Shown here one piece after another: positions 6,889 through 16,340 of a DNA stretch of 22,142 bases. How positions within the stretch are numbered: position 1 is the stretch's first letter; the number at the start of each line of letters is the position of its first letter. The DNA comes from Promethearchaeati archaeon. Its GTDB lineage: Archaea > Asgardarchaeota > Heimdallarchaeia > Heimdallarchaeales > Heimdallarchaeaceae. The stretch lies in contig JABLTJ010000043.1 of assembly GCA_013166775.1 (NCBI GenBank), forward strand, positions 1 through 22,142, given 5' to 3'. The position numbers were made by a program, and so were the translations under genes. The notes under the pieces were generated by a model. That model saw only the letters and a program-made list of their open reading frames with translations. It had not been told where the DNA came from and did no database searches.

Positions 6889-8376
6889 TTAGTTTTCTGT
6901 TTTTCTTCTTACCTTAACCTTTTCAAGAAATTCTCCTTCTTCTGGCCATAGAAAAGATGCAATAGTTGTTAATATTAACAACGCTATAATTGGAACTAAC
7001 AATCCTATCATATTATATGCAAAATTTGTATCAGTTCCAAAAGTAATACTTACTACCATTAAAGCCAAACCACCAAGCACTATCCCAATAATCTCACTTA
7101 CTGACATAATGGTTTGTTGAATACTCATTGTTGATCCATGTCTCTCTTCCTTCAATCCCATTGAGCTACTATCACCTAATCTACCACTTATTGCAGGAAA
7201 ATATGCAGAGCCTATAAACAAAGCAAATATTATGAGAATTAAGAGCCAGATGTTTTCAAGAAAGCCAGATGTATTAAATTGGGAAGTAGAACTATACCAT
7301 GGTTCCCCTCCAGTCAAGAAGTTTCCAAAGAAAGCTATAAGCAAAAATATTAGCATGAGTATTAGACCAGATACACCAATCCAGAGAGTTTTCCTTCTAC
7401 CAATCTTATCAGCAACCCAACCCCATAGAGCCATAGGAACGCCCATTGCTAGAGTTATTGCGATAGTCGTTAAACCTGCAGTTCCAGGGGATGTTTCAAT
7501 TGACAAGACAAGAAATGCCCAGTTGTTTAAAATACCTATAATGGATGCTACTCCAAGCAAAGGAAGAACTATTCCACGTCTATTTTTATTTGTCATCAAT
7601 TGCCAAGAGGTAAGCAATTCTTGCTTCAAATTATAATCTTCATCTTTAATCATAGATTTTGTTTTATCTAGAAAGAAGTAAACTAATACGGCTGATATAA
7701 CAATCGCAAAAGCGAATAACAAATATAGATAAACTAATCTCTGAGGATAAAGAGGTTCCCAAGTAGTCGCAGTTTCCTGTGGTTGGACAATGAGATCATA
7801 TAGAGTTCCTGCAAGAACTACACCAACAGATCTTCCTCCTGTAACTGCAACATTGTAAAAACCGATTCTTCTTCCTCTGTTTTCATATACAGAAAATCGG
7901 GATAAATAACCATATGATGCATTTACTTTACATGATCCTGCAACACCATGTAGAAAATGAAAAAGACTCATTCCAAATATTAGCAAGCCATTAGCTAGTG
8001 GAATTATACCTATCCATCCTTGCCAATTTAAAGCACAAAATCCATATCCGGCAAGTATTAATCCCCCAGCAGCTGTACCGAATAAGATCCACTTACGAGC
8101 ATCTGTTGCATCTGATTTAAAGCCAAAAAATCCTGAACTTATAATTACTGCAATTGCGTATGTTACTTCAACAATAATTATTGAGATATCTGCATTTGTT
8201 CCTTCCATTTGCAAATGATAGTAAATGAAAATAGGCATTAATACAGTTGTACTTCCAAAAGCTACTCGTAGAAAAAATGTTGAGATGAGAATACCCCACA
8301 AAGAACGAATAGGATGGGGTATTGAGAATAAATCTTCATCTCTTTCTTCAGGAATTTCAGAAAGATTGTGACTCAT
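6889..8376 (-). CDS. MFS transporter
   Basis: 495 aa with about 12 hydrophobic segments; MFS motif A 'GWVADKIGRRK' and the N-half equivalent 'GFKSDATDARK'. Confidence 0.92.
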   Translation of the reverse strand: MSHNLSEIPEERDEDLFSIPHPIRSLWGILISTFFLRVAFGSTTVLMPIFIYYHLQMEGTNADISIIIVEVTYAIAVIISSGFFGFKSDATDARKWILFGTAAGGLILAGYGFCALNWQGWIGIIPLANGLLIFGMSLFHFLHGVAGSCKVNASYGYLSRFSVYENRGRRIGFYNVAVTGGRSVGVVLAGTLYDLIVQPQETATTWEPLYPQRLVYLYLLFAFAIVISAVLVYFFLDKTKSMIKDEDYNLKQELLTSWQLMTNKNRRGIVLPLLGVASIIGILNNWAFLVLSIETSPGTAGLTTIAITLAMGVPMALWGWVADKIGRRKTLWIGVSGLILMLIFLLIAFFGNFLTGGEPWYSSTSQFNTSGFLENIWLLILIIFALFIGSAYFPAISGRLGDSSSMGLKEERHGSTMSIQQTIMSVSEIIGIVLGGLALMVVSITFGTDTNFAYNMIGLLVPIIALLILTTIASFLWPEEGEFLEKVKVRRKTEN

Positions 8377-8531
8377 GAATATAATTCCCTAGGTTTGAAA
8401 ATAAGAGTGTCTGAGAATTATTAAAAGTTATTGCTTATTTCGTAAGAATGCTGTTTTCTTTAAAATAGACAGATTAGAAGAGAAAATATTAATAAAAAAA
8501 GAAACTCTAGTTGATAAAACAAAATAGTAAA

Positions 8532-8595
8532 AAGTATACGAGAAGTAGCGTAAAGTATATAAGAAAGGCATAAAGTATTTAATACTGTAATTACA
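8532..8595. promoter_or_regulatory. Candidate operator region: phased AAGTA direct repeats plus two abutting palindromes
   Basis: AAGTA at 8532, 8543, 8553 and 8573. GCGTAAAGTAT (8548) and GCATAAAGTAT (8568) are 20 bp apart. AGTATT-T-AATACT at 8574-8586 and TGTAATTACA at 8586-8595. Confidence 0.35.
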
Positions 8596-8618
8596 TAAAA
8601 TAATTAATAATAGAACAG

Positions 8619-9062
8619 ATGGAGAAAAATAAAATGAGCAGTGATAAGCAATCAGTAACAATCGCAAAGATGGTGAAATTAGAGGCTGAAAAGCCAATCG
8701 AACTCCCTGAGGAATTTTTATCAGCTCTCAAACCAGATGGTAAAACATTCGCTGTTTTAATTCTTGCGCCAAATACTCGTATAATTAGGATCATTCCAAC
8801 AAGCACAAACGAAGTTGCGAAAATCAATATTAACATAGGAAAACTATCACCTGATTTCCTTAGAAAAATGGGTTCTATCTTCATCAGACTTGGTATAAAG
8901 ACACTTTACAGTACTGGTCTTTGTTTTACTCAGTCTGCCTGTGTATACGAGGGCTATATAGATTCTGACGAACTTAAGGAAGTTAGTATAGATCAAATTA
9001 AAGATGAGCTTGAGCGTATTGAAGGAGTATCGAGCGTAGAAGTAGATACACTTACCGTCTAA
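8619..9062 (+). CDS. Hypothetical protein with probable C-terminal ACT-like domain (start may be ATG 8634)
   Basis: 147 aa. The C-terminal 'DQIKDELERIEGVSSVEVDTL' and beta-alpha-beta-beta-alpha-beta-like pattern resemble ACT domains. The N-terminal 'KPIELPEEFLSAL' is weakly AbrB-like. Confidence 0.65.
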   Translation: MEKNKMSSDKQSVTIAKMVKLEAEKPIELPEEFLSALKPDGKTFAVLILAPNTRIIRIIPTSTNEVAKININIGKLSPDFLRKMGSIFIRLGIKTLYSTGLCFTQSACVYEGYIDSDELKEVSIDQIKDELERIEGVSSVEVDTLTV

Positions 9063-9078
9063 GAGGAGCGATCCTTTT

Positions 9079-9795
9079 TTGGCCCAGCGGAGAAGAAGAA
9101 CAAAGGAAAAACGTCTCACTTTGCTTCTCCATCCATTGCGAAGAGAAATCTACCGTATTGTTTGTGAGACACCTGGGTTGTATTTTTTTGAATTATCTAG
9201 TGAATTGACGGCTCCTCATGGAACTGTCAACTGGCATTTAAGAAAATTAGAAGAAGCAAATTTAATTAAGTCTACTAAATTCGGAGGGAAAAGAGTCTAT
9301 TTTTCCAGAACACTTCGTTCAGAGGATGTTGAGAAAGCTTTTGTTGTTTTAAAACATTCAACAGCAAGGAAGATTTTCATTCACATTATAAACAACGAAG
9401 AATGTCATCAAACACAAATTGCTAAAGCACTTCATGTCCATCATGACACGATACGACATCACACTCTCCGCATGGAAACAGCTGGTTTAGTTGAGAGCTT
9501 TAAAGATGGACGTAAAACTTGTTATAGGCTTGGGGAGGTAGGATTGAAAATTCAGGAAGAGAGTATTAACACTATTTCTAGTACTTATGTCGCAGCTCTA
9601 ATGGACATTTTGGAAGAAAATTGTCTACATCCCGAAATAGAGGAAGTTACAAAAGATCATCTAACTCTGAGAATAGAATGTCCAGGAAAAGAAGATGCAA
9701 CATTCAGCATTTCTCTTTCTCAATGGACATTTGATGAAGAATGGGAAGATGCAGCTATTACACAGGAAGAGAAAAAAGCTGTAGAAGAAACTTAG
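9079..9795 (+). CDS. Double winged-HTH transcriptional regulator (ArsR-like, archaeal two-HTH type)
   Basis: Two wHTH units: 'HPLRREIY...PGLYFFELSSEL..PHGTVNWHLRKLEEANLI...GGKRVYF' and 'STARKIFIHI...QTQIAKAL.VHHDTIRHH...ETAGLV...DGRKTCY'. TTG start with GAGGAG upstream, 16 nt after the previous gene. Confidence 0.88.
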   Translation: MAQRRRRTKEKRLTLLLHPLRREIYRIVCETPGLYFFELSSELTAPHGTVNWHLRKLEEANLIKSTKFGGKRVYFSRTLRSEDVEKAFVVLKHSTARKIFIHIINNEECHQTQIAKALHVHHDTIRHHTLRMETAGLVESFKDGRKTCYRLGEVGLKIQEESINTISSTYVAALMDILEENCLHPEIEEVTKDHLTLRIECPGKEDATFSISLSQWTFDEEWEDAAITQEEKKAVEET

Positions 9796-9819
9796 ATTGT
9801 TGTCAATTTAATTTCAAGA

Positions 9820-9829
9820 TTTTTTTTTT
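9820..9829 (+). terminator. Oligo-T (T10) archaeal terminator after the wHTH gene
   Basis: Run of 10 T about 25 nt downstream of the stop at 9795. Confidence 0.6.
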
Positions 9830-9866
9830 GTTATTCCGTTAGTTTTAATTTCTTTGATTCTGATAC

Positions 9867-9875
9867 TTTTATAAG
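9867..9875 (+). promoter_or_regulatory. TATA box of the MoxR operon
   Basis: TTTTATAAG about 26-34 nt before GTG 9901, downstream of the T10 terminator. Confidence 0.55.
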
Positions 9876-9900
9876 TATATAATTCTCTCTAATCCATGGA

Positions 9901-10926
9901 GTGTTGGATATGAGTTCTAAAAAGAAAACAACAACCAGTAAAAGTACAAAACCTATTAAAGGGGATTTAAAGTCAATTTCAAAAAAAATCAAAGATATAA
10001 AAGAAAACATTAGTAAAGTAATTGTTGGTCAAGAGGAAGTAGTTGAAGCATTAATTGCCGCAGTTCTAATCGATGGGCATGTTCTTCTTGAAGGTGTTCC
10101 TGGAATTGCAAAAACATTAATGGTCAGATCATTAGCCTGTGCAATTTCATCGGATTTCAAAAGAATACAATTTACTCCAGATTTAATGCCATCAGATGTT
10201 ACAGGAGTTATGGCTTTCAAACCTGAAACTGGAGAATTTTACTTTAAACAGGGACCAGTTTTTACTAACATCTTACTAGCAGATGAAATTAACAGAGCCC
10301 CTCCAAAAACACAAGCAGCTATGCTGGAAAGCATGCAAGAAAAACAAGTTTCAGTTGAGAAAAGAACCTATGAACTTCCAAATCCTTTTCTTGTATTTGC
10401 AACACAAAATCCAATAGAGCAAGAGGGAACCTATCCTCTACCTGAAGCTCAAATTGATCGTTTTGCCTTCAAAGTTCTTGTCACTTATCCAGAGGAAGAT
10501 GAAGAAGTAGAGATAGTTAACAGGTTTACAGGAGAGTATGATTCTTATGATAAACTAGGGGATATTGCTCCTATTCTTTCTGCAGAAGAAGTCATTACAT
10601 TACAAAAGGCTGTCAGGAAAGAAGTAACTATCTCTGATGAACTTGCAAAATATATCGTGAGGATTGTTGGTCTTACTCGTGAGAGTGAAGAAGTAAGCAT
10701 GGGTGCAAGTCCAAGAGCAAGTCTTTGGATGACTATTGCAGCCAAAGCATCTGCTGCTATGGAAGGTAGAACCTATGTGAATCCGATGGATATACAAAAA
10801 ATCGCTAAGAATGTTCTACGCCATCGAGTTATCATAAAACCTGAGTATGAATTCGATGGAACAACATCTGAAATTATAATTGACAGAATTCTTAAACATA
10901 CACCCGCCCCAAGCATTCAAACATAG
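9901..10926 (+). CDS. moxR: MoxR-family AAA+ ATPase (start GTG 9901 or ATG 9910)
   Basis: Walker A GVPGIAKT, RIQFTPDLMPSD, Walker B ILLADEINRAPPKTQ, ATQNPIEQEGTYPLPEAQIDRF and GASPRAS. Confidence 0.97.
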   Translation: MLDMSSKKKTTTSKSTKPIKGDLKSISKKIKDIKENISKVIVGQEEVVEALIAAVLIDGHVLLEGVPGIAKTLMVRSLACAISSDFKRIQFTPDLMPSDVTGVMAFKPETGEFYFKQGPVFTNILLADEINRAPPKTQAAMLESMQEKQVSVEKRTYELPNPFLVFATQNPIEQEGTYPLPEAQIDRFAFKVLVTYPEEDEEVEIVNRFTGEYDSYDKLGDIAPILSAEEVITLQKAVRKEVTISDELAKYIVRIVGLTRESEEVSMGASPRASLWMTIAAKASAAMEGRTYVNPMDIQKIAKNVLRHRVIIKPEYEFDGTTSEIIIDRILKHTPAPSIQT

Positions 10927-10938
10927 AGCCTGAGAAAC

Positions 10939-13107
10939 ATGAAGATGAATAGAAGGGTAGTTTTCCTTTTAATCATAGGTATAGAAGTAGTTACTTTAAT
11001 TGTAATTAGTGGTTTTGTTCTTAACTCTAAGACCAATCATGTTACATTCCAAGCTCAAGCACAAGTGGATGATTTAACTGTAGTTATCGATAGAGATCAA
11101 TATTATTACATTGACAATACAATGAAAACAAACGGATATCTTTATTGGGCTGAGCTTTCAGGAAATACTTTGATACTCTATGGAAACACTTCTGATATGT
11201 TTGAAATTGCTTTCTGGGATCAGATGGGTAATCTTACAGAGACTAATGATTATACAATGTATGATGACCGTATTGAGATAAGAGTTCGGACTACAGAACT
11301 CTATTATGAAATCAGAAGTAATTATTACCCTGACTATTTTCTAGATACTAATTTCATAGTCATATTTGACACATTCTGGGCTCAATTCAGCTACCTTACA
11401 CCTGAAAATGAGGAGAGATATGCTCCAATAAACTATCATAATAAACAGATAATTCCTGAAGGAGCAGGATTAGTTAGTTATGCTCCGACAGATGGTGCAA
11501 TTATAGTAAAAGAGGGTGATTCTTTTGGCATTGTTTGGGAATATCAGGAGAAACCAATGGATCCTTTTCATGAGCCTTTGACTTATGAAATAACATATAA
11601 TTTTGATCCTATTTATTTGCAATTTACTGAACAAATGTTTCAGAATCAACAGCAACAACAAGAAAGAGAACAAATAGACAATTTACTAGATTTACTCCAA
11701 GTCTATTTCCGAATAATTACTTTTTTCGCTATCATACTAAGTTTAGTTGCAGCTCTATATGGTTACTTAAGAGCTAAGAGGAAATTCAAATCCAAATTAA
11801 ATGAAGCACGAAGTATGCCAAAAAAAATGTTGAAAGATATCGAAGCTGAAACTGAGTCTAGTAAAAGAGTTTCAGCAATGTTTAGTGCATTTATTTTAAT
11901 TCTCATAATATCACCTATCTTTCACACAAACGCTAAAACCTCTATAGACTTCAGTGTTGCAACAAATGATAGAAAAGTTGTTTTGGAGGGTATTGATTTC
12001 CAGGCAGATCCTAGTCGAAATATACAGTATTCTGCAACAATGGATTTAGGAAGAGATGGAATTGCTGTTGAAGAGATTATTATGGACATGCCTTTTTCAG
12101 TTGATAATTTCAGTATTTGGGCAAATACGGCAGAAGTTCTGGACTTTCGAGCATACAATGATTTAGGAGCTCCTGTTTCTTTTCAAGAATACTCTGATCA
12201 TTATCTCATTAGGAATGTCCAAGGCTATATTAGATATGAAGTCGTTAGACCCTATATTTATCATAATAATAGTAATATTCTAGTTTATCTTGATATGTTT
12301 TGGTTACTCTTCTTCGATCCAGAATTAGAAGAATATTCTAGAGCTGATATTAAGTATACCGTAATCATTCCTGATGGAGCAATTCTCTACAGTGCATCAC
12401 CTGAAAATATTCTAACTCTATCAGAAACTCCTGAAGGAAGAAGGAAAGTAGTTTTTGAAGATTATAATAGAGAGATAGATCCATATCATGACTTATTTTC
12501 TACACAAGTAACGTTTTCTTATATCGATGTAATAGATGCAATAGAGAATCAATCTGCAAGATTTGAACATTTTAGAGTAGAAACTGAGATTTCAAAGGAA
12601 CAACAAGCATCTCTTACTCGCAATTTAATCTTCATCAGTCTTTTAGGTTTAATAGCACCCCTCTTAGCTTTTCTCTTAACATATTTTATAGTCCGTAGAA
12701 GAATGCTTCGGAAAATTCAGGAAGAGGAACAAAAATATGAAATGTTGATTTCTGTTGAGGAAACTCAGATTCGAGCAATGAAAGAAGCGTTGAATATTGA
12801 TTTAGCAAAGGAGCCTTGGAAAGCTATGATTGGAGAATACTGGGAATTACTTGCGTATCTTAGTCGTCTAACTCCAGTAAACTTACTAGCAATGAACGAG
12901 GATTTACATGATAATATAATTGGAAAATATGTTCCCTCATTCCTAATTACAGAAACCCTGGAGTTAATTTCTACAGGTAGAACTCTAGCACAGAGTTGGC
13001 TCAATAGTGAGCAAATATATTATAATCGACAACAGGCTCGAGATTATCTTGAATCTATTATAAAATTAATCGAGAAACTTGAAAAATGGAGGAAAGAACA
13101 ACAATGA
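10939..13107 (+). CDS. Membrane protein made of two tandem homologous ectodomain-TM modules
   Basis: 722 aa with four hydrophobic segments. Internal duplication: FIVIFDTFW/ILVYLDMFW, IIPEGAGLVSYAP/IIPDGAILYSASP, MDPFHE/IDPYHD. Confidence 0.85.
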   Translation: MKMNRRVVFLLIIGIEVVTLIVISGFVLNSKTNHVTFQAQAQVDDLTVVIDRDQYYYIDNTMKTNGYLYWAELSGNTLILYGNTSDMFEIAFWDQMGNLTETNDYTMYDDRIEIRVRTTELYYEIRSNYYPDYFLDTNFIVIFDTFWAQFSYLTPENEERYAPINYHNKQIIPEGAGLVSYAPTDGAIIVKEGDSFGIVWEYQEKPMDPFHEPLTYEITYNFDPIYLQFTEQMFQNQQQQQEREQIDNLLDLLQVYFRIITFFAIILSLVAALYGYLRAKRKFKSKLNEARSMPKKMLKDIEAETESSKRVSAMFSAFILILIISPIFHTNAKTSIDFSVATNDRKVVLEGIDFQADPSRNIQYSATMDLGRDGIAVEEIIMDMPFSVDNFSIWANTAEVLDFRAYNDLGAPVSFQEYSDHYLIRNVQGYIRYEVVRPYIYHNNSNILVYLDMFWLLFFDPELEEYSRADIKYTVIIPDGAILYSASPENILTLSETPEGRRKVVFEDYNREIDPYHDLFSTQVTFSYIDVIDAIENQSARFEHFRVETEISKEQQASLTRNLIFISLLGLIAPLLAFLLTYFIVRRRMLRKIQEEEQKYEMLISVEETQIRAMKEALNIDLAKEPWKAMIGEYWELLAYLSRLTPVNLLAMNEDLHDNIIGKYVPSFLITETLELISTGRTLAQSWLNSEQIYYNRQQARDYLESIIKLIEKLEKWRKEQQ

Positions 13108-13805
13108 AACATCATAAAGGGGTAAAATTCGTCCTTCTAGTATCAGTTATAGTTATTGGCAACATTTTTGCTTTTGATATATTAGCACAAGACTCAGTGT
13201 ATACATCTCCTAAATCCACTTTTGTTGTAGATAGTAACACGAATTTTACTGTACAATCTGCAGCTCCTCTAACATGGAATCTAAATCAAAGAGTAAACCT
13301 TACAATAGAGATTGAAGCAACAGGGTTGCCTGTGGGTGAGAATATATCTATTGCTACAATTTCAATTTATTATAATATACCAGATGATCCCCACAAGAAA
13401 TATCAAGCTTCTATTGTTCCAAAAAATAATTTTACAGAGCTAGATCAGGTTCAGTTATTTAATTCTTCTTTGTTTGCTCCAGATGATACTAAGGAGTTTA
13501 ATATTACTTTGGAGTTTGTAGTTTATAGCTCTTCAATCCCAGAAAATCAGTTCTTTGAAGCTGAATTTCCAGGAGATGTAGAGTATATTGAAGTAGAGGA
13601 AGATAGAACTCTTCCGATAATTAATCTACCAGGATTCCCAGATGCTCAGACTTTTTTGCGTTGGATATTCATATTTGCTATATCATTCATACTTATTGCT
13701 ATGCCTTCAATCTTTGTTGTATCCTTTAAAATAAAAGATACTGTGCAAAATCGAAAGAAAAATCGAAAGAAAAATCGAAAGAAAAAAGGAGGGAAGAAAC
13801 AATGA
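13104..13805 (+). CDS. Signal peptide + beta-sandwich-like ectodomain + C-terminal TM anchor protein
   Basis: ATG 13104 overlaps the upstream TGA (ATGA) and has GGAGG at 13088-13092, so it is preferred to the ORF-track start at 13086. Six N-x-S/T sequons; basic cytoplasmic tail. Confidence 0.85.
   Translation: MKHHKGVKFVLLVSVIVIGNIFAFDILAQDSVYTSPKSTFVVDSNTNFTVQSAAPLTWNLNQRVNLTIEIEATGLPVGENISIATISIYYNIPDDPHKKYQASIVPKNNFTELDQVQLFNSSLFAPDDTKEFNITLEFVVYSSSIPENQFFEAEFPGDVEYIEVEEDRTLPIINLPGFPDAQTFLRWIFIFAISFILIAMPSIFVVSFKIKDTVQNRKKNRKKNRKKKGGKKQ
13749..13784 (+). repeat. Perfect 12-bp tandem repeat x3 (AATCGAAAGAAA), encoding NRKK x3
   Basis: Units at 13749, 13761 and 13773 are identical. Confidence 0.95.
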
Positions 13806-15394
13806 GTACGAAAGAAACTACAACACCATTGGAAAGATCCATGAAAAAAATGGATGTTCTTATGAGATCTTTTGGGATGCGAACCCGTATCTTCAAAGGA
13901 TCAAATAGAGCAATCGTAAAAGGAACTAGAAAAGTTTATCCCTATGAATTAAATGCAACTCTTGTTGAAACAGCAAGAGGAGTAGGTATAAGAATAAGGT
14001 TGGAAAAAATTTGGTATAGTTTTCTTAAACTCATCCCCTTCTTCATAATCTTGTTATTCTCTGTATTGCAGTATGTGGTTCCTCAAGCTGGAGAAGCTAT
14101 TGCAAGCGCAACAGGAATAAATCTATTTCTTGCACTTCTTGGTCCAAACCCTAAATTCATAGGTCTTTGGATAGTTTTACCAATTTTAGCAATTGTAGTT
14201 GTTGGTTCAGAAATACTGGAGAAAGTTATACGTGCTAGATACATACAAGATAGAATGCCACGTTTTCTTAGTGGAGCTGAATGGAATGTAGCAGAACCAC
14301 CTTTAGCTCTAGATATAATCAGCATTTCCAATAACCTATTGTGGTTAATCTATACTGTACTGATTATAGTATTTGCACCTATGTCTTTTTCAGACTGGAT
14401 TTTCGAAGGATTTCTAGAAGTTTACAATGTCGATTCCTCTGCATTGATCAACACTACAGCATTAATTTCAATTTTAGATATAGGAATCATTGCAGGAATG
14501 TTATTTGCTGTTCTTCTACAGAATTATGAAAAATTCAGAGGTAGTTTAGATCGACAACAAATTAGACATGATATAAAATTGGAAAGTCAAACAAGACAGA
14601 TGGTTCAAGCTGCAATAGGAGCAACATTACTTGCTACAATGATGATCTCCATCTACTATTTCACATTTTGGTCAAGCATCTCTATTATATACATAATAAT
14701 GTTTTATGGCGTAATAATCACTTCAACTGTCTTAGGAGTTTGGATTTTTTGGCAGAAGGAGAATTACATTTTCATCGCATTAGCTATATGGTTATTCCTT
14801 AGTGATGTTGTAATGATTTTCCTTAATTCGAATAATCCTTCTTATTCTTGGATGATTATATGTCATTTATTCCTAATACTTATTGTTATCGTTTTATCTT
14901 TGAATAAATATTTTGAGAGATATTTGGCTGAGAAAGGTGTTTATGAACCTAGCTGGATGTTCAATCTTCTCCCATTGTTCTCATATATTGCTGTCTTCTG
15001 GAAGAAGAAAGTGAGGATAACAAGAGGTGTTGAACGAGAGCTAGAAGAGATTCTAGATGAGGAAATGAAAGACAAAGTCAAAGAAAAACAACCTCTTTTC
15101 ATTGATATAAAGAAAATTAAAAAGAAAGGAAAAGAAGCAGAAAAAATAATTCAAAATTACCAGAAAGTTGTCGCAAGAATAGTTAAAGGTGAACTCAATA
15201 TTCTTTCTTTGGTCAATATCAATATGCAAATTTTGGACATTATTAAAGAAAATGAGAAACTTCACAAAGAAGCTTCAAAATTCTTACAAACTGTAGATAG
15301 TTTGCTTTGGGATGATGAATACAAGTTAAAAGAAGGTAAGGATATTCTAGAAATTTCAGAAAGAGTATATGATGAAATCGTAAAAATGGGTTGA
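13802..15394 (+). CDS. Polytopic membrane protein, unknown function
   Basis: 530 aa with about 8-10 hydrophobic segments and a charged helical C-terminal domain; ATGA overlap with the upstream gene. Confidence 0.85.
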   Translation: MSTKETTTPLERSMKKMDVLMRSFGMRTRIFKGSNRAIVKGTRKVYPYELNATLVETARGVGIRIRLEKIWYSFLKLIPFFIILLFSVLQYVVPQAGEAIASATGINLFLALLGPNPKFIGLWIVLPILAIVVVGSEILEKVIRARYIQDRMPRFLSGAEWNVAEPPLALDIISISNNLLWLIYTVLIIVFAPMSFSDWIFEGFLEVYNVDSSALINTTALISILDIGIIAGMLFAVLLQNYEKFRGSLDRQQIRHDIKLESQTRQMVQAAIGATLLATMMISIYYFTFWSSISIIYIIMFYGVIITSTVLGVWIFWQKENYIFIALAIWLFLSDVVMIFLNSNNPSYSWMIICHLFLILIVIVLSLNKYFERYLAEKGVYEPSWMFNLLPLFSYIAVFWKKKVRITRGVERELEEILDEEMKDKVKEKQPLFIDIKKIKKKGKEAEKIIQNYQKVVARIVKGELNILSLVNINMQILDIIKENEKLHKEASKFLQTVDSLLWDDEYKLKEGKDILEISERVYDEIVKMG

Positions 15395-15398
15395 GTAG

Positions 15399-16340
15399 AT
15401 GACTGTAGCAGATGAGCCAAAAGTAGTTCGTGAGGAAAAAGAAAGAATCAGAATTCCTGTGAAGAAGTTAAAACAACTTGAAATAATAGCAAAGGAGAAA
15501 TCAACGAGCTTTCTTCAAGGACATCGAAGATCAATCTTTAGAGGCCCAGGAACAGAATTTGCAGATTTAAGAGAATATATTGAAGGAGATGATCTTAGAT
15601 TCGTGGATTGGAATGCTTCTTCACGAGTTCCATTTAAGCTCATTGTAAGAGATTATGAACAAGAAAGAAACACAAACGTCATTTTGATGATGGATACTAG
15701 TTATTCGATGCTTCTAGGGGATCCTGTTCCTAGAATCAAAATGTCAGTTGAAGCTATTGCTACACTTGCTTATACTGTTATGAATAATAGAGACAATTTT
15801 GGTTGGGTGTCTTTTTCAGATAAAATCCACAAATACATCCGTCCTCGGGGAGGAAAATTGCACTTGTATCATATATTCGATGAGATGCTCAAAACATCAC
15901 CTATTGGAAGAACAAATATAGGAGAAACAGTTAAAGAGATAGCACTGGCTCAAAAAAGAAGATCAATCATTATAATCCTAACAGACTTACATGGAGATCT
16001 AGAAGGTGCGATGGATGGGTTTAAGGTTGCTAACATAAAAAGACATGAAATTAAACTAATTCATATTCATGATCCTGAAGAATTTCTCTTCCCAAAGCAA
16101 CCAAGACAAGTTAAATATCAAGATCCTGATACAGGTGAAATAAAAGCAGTCAATTTCAGCAATCTTCTAGAGAGAGGAAGATTCATGTTTGAATTAGGTT
16201 TACAAATTAGGGAGATAAACAATTTCAAACGAAATATTAGAGGATTAAACATAGATGTAATAGATGCCCCCACTACAGTTCTTACAGAGAAACTGTTGTT
16301 AGCATATTTTGGAACAAAAAGAAGGGGGTTTATGCGTTAA
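15399..16340 (+). CDS. DUF58 domain protein (vWA-like MoxR partner)
   Basis: GPGTEFADLREYIEGDDLRFVDWNASSR, MIDAS-like DTSYSM, GRTNIG, IIILTDL and DPEE. Confidence 0.95.
   Translation: MTVADEPKVVREEKERIRIPVKKLKQLEIIAKEKSTSFLQGHRRSIFRGPGTEFADLREYIEGDDLRFVDWNASSRVPFKLIVRDYEQERNTNVILMMDTSYSMLLGDPVPRIKMSVEAIATLAYTVMNNRDNFGWVSFSDKIHKYIRPRGGKLHLYHIFDEMLKTSPIGRTNIGETVKEIALAQKRRSIIIILTDLHGDLEGAMDGFKVANIKRHEIKLIHIHDPEEFLFPKQPRQVKYQDPDTGEIKAVNFSNLLERGRFMFELGLQIREINNFKRNIRGLNIDVIDAPTTVLTEKLLLAYFGTKRRGFMR

Noticed and set aside
13086-13103. ORF-track start at 13086 for the 239-aa protein
   Set aside because: ATG 13104 gives an ATGA overlap, has a GGAGG upstream and begins a clean signal peptide.
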